From Candidatus Iainarchaeum sp. (GTDB lineage: Archaea; Iainarchaeota; Iainarchaeia; Iainarchaeales; GCA-2688035), in contig JAFCCL010000001.1 in the NCBI GenBank assembly GCA_017610205.1, forward strand, positions 157,199 through 221,198: a stretch of 64,000 bases of DNA, written 5' to 3'. Numbering within the stretch: the stretch's first letter is position 1; each line of letters begins with the position of its first letter. The notes beneath the pieces are model-generated. The model was given only the letters and a program-made list of their open reading frames with translations. It made no database searches and was not told the origin of the DNA. Both the position numbers and the translations under genes were made by a program. Positions 27,149 to 35,513 of this stretch are shown here, in pieces.

Positions 27149-29099
27149 TGTAAAACAGCCTAATATAGTTAATTTCTCTAGAATTTAAACCATACTGTTT
27201 GAAAATCTCTTCCTCAAGTTTTTCATTATTTTTTGCATCTAAAAGCCCTTTTTGCGGGAGGATGATGGGCAATTCTCCTAGTTCGTAGTTACTTATATGA
27301 TTGTTGTAGTTTGATATTTTGAATCGCCAGTTCAATAATTTTGAGTTCAACAGCTTTACGAGAACCTCGTTAGAGATTCTTTTATCTTCACTCAAAAGGT
27401 AATTGCAAGAATTTGCAACAATAGTACTTTCTGGCACCATTCTAAAATTTAGTTTTTTAACTAAATCCACGTTAGCAATTTGCTGGCCGGCAATTCTCTC
27501 CTTTTGGATGTCCTCTATTTTGTTTGAACTGACTTTAGTTAGAAAGTTTTTTTGAACGAAAGCTTTTTTCGCAGTGCTTTTTATATCTTTTCCTCTAACC
27601 AAAGACAGGAGCGTTTCTCTCTCCGTTATATACTTTTTGTCCTGAGTTAGGTCTAATTCGCCTCGTTTGTTTCTGATTAGCGTAAATTCTTTTAGTTTTT
27701 TGAAAGAGTTGAGCTTTTTTAGAACAGACCATCCAACTGAATCTAACAACGGTATTTCTAATTTTGAGAAATTTTCTTTTATGTCGTTTATGTCAATCAG
27801 AACCTTTTCATCGTTTTTATTATGAAGTATTGATTCCATTTTACTTGTTTTCTCACCCTTTTTTACTTGAATTATCACTAATGATTGATTAACATTTTGA
27901 AAAAGCTGATTCTGTTCTTTGAAAAAATGCACTTTACTCAAATTACATTCAAGCAAAAGAGCTTTTCTTAAATCATAGGCACTGGAATCCCCTAGTAAAG
28001 TTGAAGGTATTATGGCTCCAATTGAACCTTGACTATTTGTTATCTTCAAGGCAATTTCTAAAAACAAACGATAATAGTTCAACATTCCTTTAGCTGAAAG
28101 AGGATATAGCTTTGAATTGTGAATAAAATTCTTTTCCTCTTCTACTCTATCCTTTTCCTGTTGATAAATTTCATTCAAGATTTTGGGCGAAATTTCTTTT
28201 GTTGATGCCGTGAAAAAATCACTTCTGTTTATTTTCAAAACTTTGTAAGGAGGATTCATAACAACCGCGTCAAATCCGCCTTGATTTTCAAAAACGTTTT
28301 TGAACGCGCTAAAGAAAGAGAATCGCTTTTTAGGGGATTTGCTTAAACCATAAATAGCGTTCCCAACAACTATCTGCTTCTGCAACTTCTTTATAGCCTC
28401 TAATCTTTGTTCTTTGGGAAATTCGTTTGCAAGTCTTAGGATTGTTATATCAACGGAAATAGAATCAATATCAGTACCATACAAGTTATTCAAAGCTTTG
28501 TCTTTATCTTTTGCTAAAGCCAGACAGGAAAGGAGGAAACGGCCAGTACCACAACCTAAGTCAATCACTTTGTTGTTCTCCACATCCTCCACAGTTTCAC
28601 TACAAATAAGATTAGAAATTTCTTTTGGAGTAAAAAATAGACCTTTTCCTTTTAGTCCTGTTTTCTTTTTCTTAATCTTTCCATTCTCAAAAAACTTTGA
28701 GTTAAACCATTGCTGTTGTTCAACCAGCGTATCCAAAACATTAGAAAAGTGGTTTTTAGTTTTTTTCTCAAGTTTATCTACAAGGAGTGAAGTAGAAGAA
28801 GAATCAAAGGTATTGAAGAGCCCTTCCTTTTTAACAAAATTCTCAAACTCAGAATATGTTTTAAATTCCATATTCCAGCTATTAAACCACCGATAAATCA
28901 AAAATTTTACAATAGTTTCATGCACCCTTCTATGCGATTCCTTAAATTTTGCTAGAATAGGCTCTTGTAAAAGCTCTTCCTGTTCCAGAGATTCTAATAA
29001 CTGCAAATCCTCAACCACCGTATTATAGATGGAAATACCGCTTTTAAATCTATCAAGAGAGAGGGTTTCCGGTGAAATATTAAAAAGTGCGGCAGTCAT
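27132..29099 (-). CDS. N6-adenine DNA methyltransferase (gamma-class, Eco57I/TaqI-like) with large target-recognition C-terminus
   Basis: GLFFTPKEISNLI (motif X), VIDLGCGTGRFLL (motif I), AVVMNPPY (motif IV). Trimmed to ATG 29099, which overlaps the upstream small ORF stop (ATGA). Confidence 0.85.
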   Translation of the reverse strand: MTAALFNISPETLSLDRFKSGISIYNTVVEDLQLLESLEQEELLQEPILAKFKESHRRVHETIVKFLIYRWFNSWNMEFKTYSEFENFVKKEGLFNTFDSSSTSLLVDKLEKKTKNHFSNVLDTLVEQQQWFNSKFFENGKIKKKKTGLKGKGLFFTPKEISNLICSETVEDVENNKVIDLGCGTGRFLLSCLALAKDKDKALNNLYGTDIDSISVDITILRLANEFPKEQRLEAIKKLQKQIVVGNAIYGLSKSPKKRFSFFSAFKNVFENQGGFDAVVMNPPYKVLKINRSDFFTASTKEISPKILNEIYQQEKDRVEEEKNFIHNSKLYPLSAKGMLNYYRLFLEIALKITNSQGSIGAIIPSTLLGDSSAYDLRKALLLECNLSKVHFFKEQNQLFQNVNQSLVIIQVKKGEKTSKMESILHNKNDEKVLIDINDIKENFSKLEIPLLDSVGWSVLKKLNSFKKLKEFTLIRNKRGELDLTQDKKYITERETLLSLVRGKDIKSTAKKAFVQKNFLTKVSSNKIEDIQKERIAGQQIANVDLVKKLNFRMVPESTIVANSCNYLLSEDKRISNEVLVKLLNSKLLNWRFKISNYNNHISNYELGELPIILPQKGLLDAKNNEKLEEEIFKQYGLNSREINYIRLFYNEKTT

Positions 29100-29305
29100 C
29101 TGACCACCGCTAAAATCTTTGTTTTTTCCCTGTTTACTTCTTCTTCGAGAAGTTGATTGAGTTTGGCTGCAAGCTCTGCCTTGCATTCAACTAAGTCGTC
29201 TGACTCGTCAAGCTCAACAGAAGCTCCGAGGCAGATACCTTTAGTTTCGTAGTTCCCAAGATTCACTTTCTGGGAAAGGTTCATGGAAAGGCTTCTCACA
29301 TTCAT
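29096..29305 (-). CDS. small hypothetical protein, first gene of the methyltransferase operon
   Basis: 69-aa ORF whose stop overlaps the N6-MTase ATG by 4 nt. No known motif. Confidence 0.45.
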   Translation of the reverse strand: MNVRSLSMNLSQKVNLGNYETKGICLGASVELDESDDLVECKAELAAKLNQLLEEEVNREKTKILAVVR

Positions 29306-29657
29306 CTTTTCATCCCCTTCAAAATCTGGTCAAAGGTAAAACCCTGACTAAAAGGGTTACCTTTGTTGGACACCTGTGTATCCGAATGACTAATTCTTGA
29401 AAACCTCATTTGCAAATCACCTCCAGCGTTTAAACGAAGTTTTTTCTGAAAGCGTCTTGCGGGTTTTGAACGTATTAAAACCCTAAAGGCAACAGCCGTC
29501 CCTCTAACAAGAGGGTTAGGGTTTAAACGGGCAAAAACCGAGCTGTAAGAAAAAACTGAGTAAGCTGGAGGTGTGGGAAAATGAAGGGGAAAAATTTCGG
29601 AATTAAGGGGAATTGTCATGCCCTTAAAAACATTTATTTCAATAAATACCCTGTAGA

Positions 29658-30521
29658 ATGAAACTAGCTTTAGCATTCGGTAAAAAAACCAAAAAAATAA
29701 TTATCATGCTAGCAATTCTAATGCTAGGAATACTCATTGGCACATCAATACCAACAACCCAAGAAATAGCACCAACAACAGCCCAGGAAACAGCATCAAC
29801 AACTACTGTGCTACCAAATTACTACAATGAATACCAACAAACATTAAACCTATACAATCAAGCATTGCAACAAAACCAGCAATTAACAAACCGATTAACA
29901 ACTGCAAAAGAACCGCCCTACATTATAATGGAAGGAAGAACAGTTACAACAGCCTTCAAAAAAACAGACGGAACAACAATCCTCTGGGAATGGCCCGCAG
30001 ACACATACCAATCATGGGTAATACAAGGATATCTAACTCGAAAATCAGGAATGCAATATGTAACACTAGCAATGGAAAACGGAAAAAGACCTACAATGGT
30101 AGACTACACAAAATTCGTCGACGCAGACACATTCGGCAAAGTAATTCCTCCAATCTATGATGCCAGCCTAAGCGATGAAGAATTCATCAAAGAAGCATGG
30201 AACCTAGTAACACAACTAACAACATATTCGGCTGACATTCAAGAAACTCCGAGATATCCAATAGAAACAATAACGGAAGGCGGAGGCGACTGCGAAGATA
30301 TGGCAATATTAATGGCAAGCCTGCTAAAAGCAGCAGACAAAAATTGGAAAGTACAATTAGTATACATGGATGCAGACAACCCAGAAAACCCTACCACTAT
30401 AAACCATGCATTAGTATATGTTGACACAGGAATATACTCAACCTTTATAGACACAACACAAAACATCCAAATGAACCCATACCTCTACGACACAGTTTCC
30501 GGATTCTATTTCGATGCCTAA
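29658..30521 (+). CDS. membrane-anchored transglutaminase-fold cysteine peptidase-like protein (paralog A)
   Basis: N-terminal TM IIIMLAILMLGILIG. Cys-His-Asp candidates in EGGGDCEDMAILMASLLKA, INHALVYVD and FIDTT. Clear paralog of 39182-40084. Confidence 0.75.
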   Translation: MKLALAFGKKTKKIIIMLAILMLGILIGTSIPTTQEIAPTTAQETASTTTVLPNYYNEYQQTLNLYNQALQQNQQLTNRLTTAKEPPYIIMEGRTVTTAFKKTDGTTILWEWPADTYQSWVIQGYLTRKSGMQYVTLAMENGKRPTMVDYTKFVDADTFGKVIPPIYDASLSDEEFIKEAWNLVTQLTTYSADIQETPRYPIETITEGGGDCEDMAILMASLLKAADKNWKVQLVYMDADNPENPTTINHALVYVDTGIYSTFIDTTQNIQMNPYLYDTVSGFYFDA

Positions 30522-30613
30522 CCAAACAAGTAACAACCCCGAAGAAAAAACCGAGTAAACTGGAGGTGAGAAAAAGGGATTATTAAAAAACGTTATAGAA
30601 GAATAATGTTTCT

Positions 30614-31675
30614 ATGGATGCGCTTGAACTATCAGATAGGATCAATACAATATTTAGTAAAGAACTACGAAATATGCAAGTTGCTTTTCCTCAAAACAAA
30701 TTTTTGGGCTCAAGAAAATATCTTTGCAGTCTACAGATTGCTGGGAGTCAAGGGAACATTACAGAAGTGTTTTGTGGTTCGAAGTTGGGCCCACTAAACG
30801 ATTACTATGATAAAACAGAACTATGCTTTGAAAATTTGCAATTACTTCTAAGACTATATAATCTAATAAAAGAAAATGGTTTCTTGGAAAGGGAATTTAC
30901 ATCCATTTTAACCGCAAGATTAAATGAAGGCATTCCTCAGATAGCCTATCTTTCCTTCGAAACATTAATAAAAATGGGAAAACTGGATGATGCTCTATTA
31001 CTTTTGACAGGTCTAAGAGATGAATCAGCTATGCATTGTTGTCTGCTAGACTTAAACGCACTTTTGAGATTTGAAACAAACCAATTTTTGCCCACTGATC
31101 TTAAAAAAATTGAAAATTCGCTACAAAACATAAAACATCTTAGCGGCGTTTGTAGAATAATAATAAGCGGGATTTACGAACAAATAAATGAAATAAAACA
31201 CCGTGCACTAAAAAAAGAATTAAGTGAAACTAATAGTTTTGAAATAGAACGAAACAAAGAAGAAGTAAAACAAAAATTGAAAGAGCAAAAATTTGATACT
31301 CAACTAATCAAAGCAATAGACAGAGCAGGTCAGAAGTACAACACAGCGAAAACAGAGGAGGAATTCTGTGAATGTCTTGACATAACAAGAAAAGTTTTAG
31401 ACAACCTAACAAAAGAAATGGCAAAAAGAATCATTAAAACAGACAAACCAATAAAAGGAAAATTAACCAACGCGGCAGATGTAAGAGATTACCTAAGAGA
31501 TCAAAAGCTAATAACAGAAAAACAACATGGTCTAGTGAGGGGGGTTTACGGGTTCATTAGTGACGAAGGCACACATAAATTAATTAGCACAGGAGATCAA
31601 GCAAGACTAGGAAAAAATATGCTCATAGAAGTATCACTCCTTCTACTAAAAAACAGTGAAAAATACAAGCTATAA
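30614..31675 (+). CDS. hypothetical protein (helical; no confident domain)
   Basis: 353-aa ORF. The C-terminal helices ...EKQHGLVRGVYGFISDEGTHKLIS... are only vaguely HEPN/Abi_C-like. Confidence 0.55.
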   Translation: MDALELSDRINTIFSKELRNMQVAFPQNKFLGSRKYLCSLQIAGSQGNITEVFCGSKLGPLNDYYDKTELCFENLQLLLRLYNLIKENGFLEREFTSILTARLNEGIPQIAYLSFETLIKMGKLDDALLLLTGLRDESAMHCCLLDLNALLRFETNQFLPTDLKKIENSLQNIKHLSGVCRIIISGIYEQINEIKHRALKKELSETNSFEIERNKEEVKQKLKEQKFDTQLIKAIDRAGQKYNTAKTEEEFCECLDITRKVLDNLTKEMAKRIIKTDKPIKGKLTNAADVRDYLRDQKLITEKQHGLVRGVYGFISDEGTHKLISTGDQARLGKNMLIEVSLLLLKNSEKYKL

Positions 31676-31878
31676 CTAAAAATTGAAATTAAAAAACAGA
31701 AAAATTACATACTTTGTTCCTTCAACTAGCCCTCAAACCAAGCTCCGTTCACCCAATCCAAGCCGTCTACAGCCTCCGCGAGCTAATTTTTTAGGTCAAT
31801 TGGGCTTGGTTTTGAAAATTTGGATTTGCTACAAGCTTTAAAATATGACAAAAAAGCAAAACTAAAACCTAAATAGGT

Positions 31879-32574
31879 TTATTTAGAGTTCCATAATTTA
31901 GGCTCATCGAGCAATATTTCAAAATGTTTTTTTAGAGCTAATCCACGTGCTATCCATGCAAGTTGGAGTGCATAGGTTAACTCTTTAAATAAAGCCATTA
32001 TAAATTTTTCTTTTTCTTTCCCATGGTATTCTTCTAAAATTTCTGTTTTTTTATCATCTTTAAACAGTACAAGATGGTCTTTTCCTAACCAGTATAATTG
32101 GTGAGCTATCTTGTTGCGTTCATCTCTAGAATTTTTATTTAATATGTCAGTTAACCCATCTCTCTTAAGAACAGAAAAGGCATCTGAATAAAATTTTAGG
32201 ATAAGATATGATTTTTTAGTATCGTCCTGTAATTCTTGGCGAAAAGTGATAATATTTAAGCTAAGTTGAGTATAATCTCTAGCAACATCTAATGGGGCAA
32301 TGGCAGTTAAAGTTTTTTTTCCATAGACTTTTTTAAAAAAGAGGCTCGAGAGGCCATTTGCAACGTTTCTTATTTTTCTTTCGTCAAAACCCATTTTTTT
32401 TAACAGCAAGATTTGTTTTTCAGATTTCTTTTCCAGTTCATCTAGCTGCTTTTGGATTTGCTGTCTAGGAAGTAGACTATTAAATTTGCCAGGGGGGCTA
32501 TTTGTATTTCCTACTAAAAATCTCTTAACTTCTTTGTCAAGTTTTAATATTTCTTCAAAATTTGCTATTTTCAT
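31879..32574 (-). CDS. HEPN-domain candidate (R-x4-H motif)
   Basis: 231 aa. NSRDERNKIAHQLYW contains RNKIAH (RNxxxH), the canonical HEPN RNase motif, in an all-helical context. Confidence 0.55.
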   Translation of the reverse strand: MKIANFEEILKLDKEVKRFLVGNTNSPPGKFNSLLPRQQIQKQLDELEKKSEKQILLLKKMGFDERKIRNVANGLSSLFFKKVYGKKTLTAIAPLDVARDYTQLSLNIITFRQELQDDTKKSYLILKFYSDAFSVLKRDGLTDILNKNSRDERNKIAHQLYWLGKDHLVLFKDDKKTEILEEYHGKEKEKFIMALFKELTYALQLAWIARGLALKKHFEILLDEPKLWNSK

Positions 32575-32749
32575 ATTGTACTAATTTTTAAACGCCAAAG
32601 TTGTTTTTAAACAAAGGTCTTTTTGTGCAGAATGAGGATTTTATTTGATTTTTTTTATTAGCCCCTTTTCCGCATAATACTTTCACTAAACCCTTTTATA
32701 CTGCTTCGGCAGAGTAGTTTGCTTTAAGTCATTAAAGAGGTGATTTGAA

Positions 32750-33049
32750 TTGAACAAAAAATTAACAATACTGTTCCTGGCCCTGCTATTAGTTCTGCCA
32801 ATCGCTTTCGCTGAAGGCGATGTAACAGCCATAACAGAGCCATTGACCAGAATCTATGACTTGCTGAAAGGAGTTGTTTCAGTCGTGGCAGTCATAGCCA
32901 TAACAATTGCCGGTGCCAGATTTATGTTCTCAGGCGACAACATCCAGCAAAGAGAAGCAAGCAAAACAATGGTAGGCTACTGCATAATGGGCTTGGTAGT
33001 CGTATGGGTTGCACCATTAATGGTCAGTTACTTAACAGCCCCAATATAA
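32750..33049 (+). CDS. TrbC/VirB2-like pilin
   Basis: 99 aa. Signal peptide LLLVLPIAFA|EGD, then two hydrophobic helices (VVSVVAVIAITIAGARFMF, MVGYCIMGLVVVWVAPLMVSYL) separated by the charged loop SGDNIQQREASKT. TTG start with SD aagaggtga upstream. Confidence 0.7.
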   Translation: MNKKLTILFLALLLVLPIAFAEGDVTAITEPLTRIYDLLKGVVSVVAVIAITIAGARFMFSGDNIQQREASKTMVGYCIMGLVVVWVAPLMVSYLTAPI

Positions 33050-33065
33050 AAGGAGGAATGTACAA

Positions 33066-34055
33066 TTGAACAGAAAAATTTACGAAGTGTGCGTTCCCTT
33101 CCTTTTTCTGATGTTTCTCGGCAGAGCCTTTGCATTAAATGAACCAATGCCGCCGCCAATAGTAAATATTGACTTGGGAATAATATCAGAAGCAATAAAC
33201 CAAATGTTCACAGGACTAACCCAGTCACTAACAGAACTGCCCGCCGCCGTAGTAAACCAATTCCTTGCCTCACTACAAAGCCTTACCGCAAACTTTCTTA
33301 CAACCCTACTGTTAATAGCAAAAGAGTTTATAACAACAAACCCAGACATCGCACCAATGTTTCCACTATGGCAAACAATAGTTTACATAATTTCACTATT
33401 CTACCTAATACTCTTTCTCATAGTAGGCTTCTTTTTCTTATTCAGCTCAATTGACGCAGAAAAAAGAACAAGCGCAAAAAAATGGTTCAAAAGCACAATC
33501 ATAATGATTGCCGCAGTCGGCGCATCCTTCCAACTATACGAAATATTTCTAGCAATAGGAGCAGGAGTAGCTACATATTTATGGGCATCAGAATTCGAAG
33601 TACTATTCCAAGCAAGCGAACTCACAGCACTAAACCTAATCCTGCTAACAGTTTACAGTGGAGCAGTCCTCGCCGCATTCATAACACTTTTCATCAGACA
33701 CCTGTTCCTTGTAATGGGCGCAGCAATATTTCCAATAGCCCTATTCTTCTACTTTATAGAACCGCTAAAACCCTGGGGGAAAATGCTGCTCGAAATTCTC
33801 TTCGCCGCAGTCCTCATGCAAATAATTGATGTAATAATCTTCATCGGCTCACAAATTGTCTGGGAACAATTCATAGGTCTGCCAGACATTGCAGGCTGGG
33901 CGCCAACAATGGCCTTTGGCTTAGTCGCAATCATAAACACAATAATAATTGCATTCGCAGTAATAAAAGCATCAAAAACAGTAACCCAACAACTACCAGA
34001 AGTAGTCGCCGTAGCAAAAATGGCAGGCACAGCCGCAATAGGAGCAATAGCATGA
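33066..34055 (+). CDS. polytopic membrane protein, VirB6/TrbL-like by position and topology
   Basis: 329 aa with 6 or more TM helices, immediately after the pilin gene. TTG start preceded by aaaggagg. Confidence 0.55.
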   Translation: MNRKIYEVCVPFLFLMFLGRAFALNEPMPPPIVNIDLGIISEAINQMFTGLTQSLTELPAAVVNQFLASLQSLTANFLTTLLLIAKEFITTNPDIAPMFPLWQTIVYIISLFYLILFLIVGFFFLFSSIDAEKRTSAKKWFKSTIIMIAAVGASFQLYEIFLAIGAGVATYLWASEFEVLFQASELTALNLILLTVYSGAVLAAFITLFIRHLFLVMGAAIFPIALFFYFIEPLKPWGKMLLEILFAAVLMQIIDVIIFIGSQIVWEQFIGLPDIAGWAPTMAFGLVAIINTIIIAFAVIKASKTVTQQLPEVVAVAKMAGTAAIGAIA

Positions 34056-34074
34056 ATAAAGAGGTGAAAGAAAA

Positions 34075-34383
34075 ATGAGTTTATGGTTTTTTTCTTCTGT
34101 CTTCGCCGCTTCTCCGTTCCGAAAATTCTCCAGGGTAGTTTTCTGCAGGTTTTGGTTTTTTAAGTTTCTTAAAAACCTTTTGTCGCAACATGCCTGGCAA
34201 GGTAAACCACTCCACGCGTTCTTTTGCATGAGGAGGAGTACTGTGCCTTCTTTCTTGTCCTGTTCTTCTCTCTTTTCCACTTCTCCTTTCCGGACCGGTA
34301 TATTTAGGTTTTGGTCTTGGCATCCAATTTCACCTATAAACTCTACACATTCAAAGAATTTAAACCTTTGCAGGTGTGACTAA
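34075..34383 (+). CDS. small hypothetical protein (aromatic/Cys-rich), translationally coupled to the next gene
   Basis: SD agaggtga sits 7 nt upstream of ATG 34075. The stop TAA shares one nt with the next ATG (TAATG). The composition is odd, and an antisense ORF (34081-34323) with ERRSGxxRR repeats also exists. Confidence 0.4.
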   Translation: MSLWFFSSVFAASPFRKFSRVVFCRFWFFKFLKNLLSQHAWQGKPLHAFFCMRRSTVPSFLSCSSLFSTSPFRTGIFRFWSWHPISPINSTHSKNLNLCRCD

Positions 34384-35321
34384 TGCCTTACGAAATACCC
34401 CAAAACCTAAAATACAAAGAAAAAATTGCCTTCAACCTCACATTCGAACAAATGGCCTGGCTTGGAGTGTTCGGAACAATAGCCGCAATAATTTACCTAA
34501 AAACAGGCCTGCCTTTTCCGATAAAAGAAGGAATTGCACTATTGATTGCATCAATTGGATGCGGGTTTGCATTCCTAAACTTTACAGAACACCTAAAAAC
34601 ATTCAGAACCTACAAAAAAAGCATTAACAAAGCAGGCTATTTTGACCCAAAAATGCGCCAGCTCGTCGACGTCAAAAAAATAGAAAAGGACGTAATCTTC
34701 TTGAAAGACGGTTCAATGAGAGCCTTGCTGCAAATTACGCCATTGAACTTTTCAATGCTTTCAAAAAACGAACAGCAGGCAATAATAAAAGCCTACAAAG
34801 ACTTTCTCAACAGCATGGACTTCACAGTACAAATAGTTGCAAGAACAGTAAACCTCTCACTCGAAAGCTACCTCAGAACACTTCACGAAAAAGCAGTTCA
34901 ATCAAAAAACGAAAAATTAGTCGAACAATTCGAATCATTCAGAGAATTCCTAAACCAATTCATAGAACAAAACGCAGTCAAAGACCGGCTGTTCTATTTG
35001 GTAATTCCAAACAGCCAAGAAAACGGAATTTTCCTATTTAAAAGCCAGCAAAAAACAGAACAATCCCTAAAAGAATTAGACATCAGAGTAAAGTTATGCC
35101 AGCAAAAACTCAAAAAATGCAACCTCCTCACAAAACACCTGAACTCGGAAGAGCTCACCTCACTTATGGCTAGCTTCTTTCACGGATTCATAGAAGCCCA
35201 AAACGAATACTTCTTCCCAACAACAATGCTAAAAAAATTCGAAAAACAAAACCCAATTAGAAAATGGATTGACCTAAACGGTTCAGAACAAACAATCCAA
35301 AACGCAGGAGTGACAGCATGA
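34383..35321 (+). CDS. PrgI/VirB3-like 2-TM segment fused to a VirB4 N-terminal domain
   Basis: YEIPQNLKYKEKIAFNLTFEQMAWLGVFGTIAAII (PrgI-like), then IEKDVIFLKDGSMRALLQITPLNFSMLSKNEQQAIIKAYKDFLNSMDFTVQIVARTVNL, as in the N-domain of Gram-positive-type VirB4 (PrgJ/TcpF-like). Confidence 0.65.
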   Translation: MPYEIPQNLKYKEKIAFNLTFEQMAWLGVFGTIAAIIYLKTGLPFPIKEGIALLIASIGCGFAFLNFTEHLKTFRTYKKSINKAGYFDPKMRQLVDVKKIEKDVIFLKDGSMRALLQITPLNFSMLSKNEQQAIIKAYKDFLNSMDFTVQIVARTVNLSLESYLRTLHEKAVQSKNEKLVEQFESFREFLNQFIEQNAVKDRLFYLVIPNSQENGIFLFKSQQKTEQSLKELDIRVKLCQQKLKKCNLLTKHLNSEELTSLMASFFHGFIEAQNEYFFPTTMLKKFEKQNPIRKWIDLNGSEQTIQNAGVTA

Positions 35322-35500
35322 ACGAAACACTTGATAGCAAATGGAAAAAAGCAATAATACAAATAGCAACAGAACTTCGCAAGGCTAATCAAATAAGTGC
35401 GGTAATCGGAAATGGGCTATTAGGAAAAGAGATTGGTCAAATAAAAGAAAAAAAGAAAAGATTCAGCGAAATAGAAAAAATAAGAAAAGGCGTTAGCTAA
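35318..35500 (+). CDS. small hypothetical protein
   Basis: 60 aa. Its ATG overlaps the preceding stop (ATGA). Confidence 0.4.
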   Translation: MNETLDSKWKKAIIQIATELRKANQISAVIGNGLLGKEIGQIKEKKKRFSEIEKIRKGVS

Positions 35501-35513
35501 TTATTGTTTTTAA

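Noticed and set aside
29302-29676. 124-aa minus-strand ORF spanning the R-M / transglutaminase intergenic region
   Set aside because: It has no RBS and an odd composition. It covers hairpin-rich spacer DNA and the start of the + strand gene, so it is better explained as a regulatory region.
31727-31821. Possible long-range pairing caaaccaagc / gcttggttttg in the convergent spacer between 30614-31675 and 31879-32574, considered as an ncRNA
   Set aside because: There is only one ~10-bp stem, about 70 nt apart, with no further structure. A bidirectional terminator region is the more likely reading, and support is insufficient.
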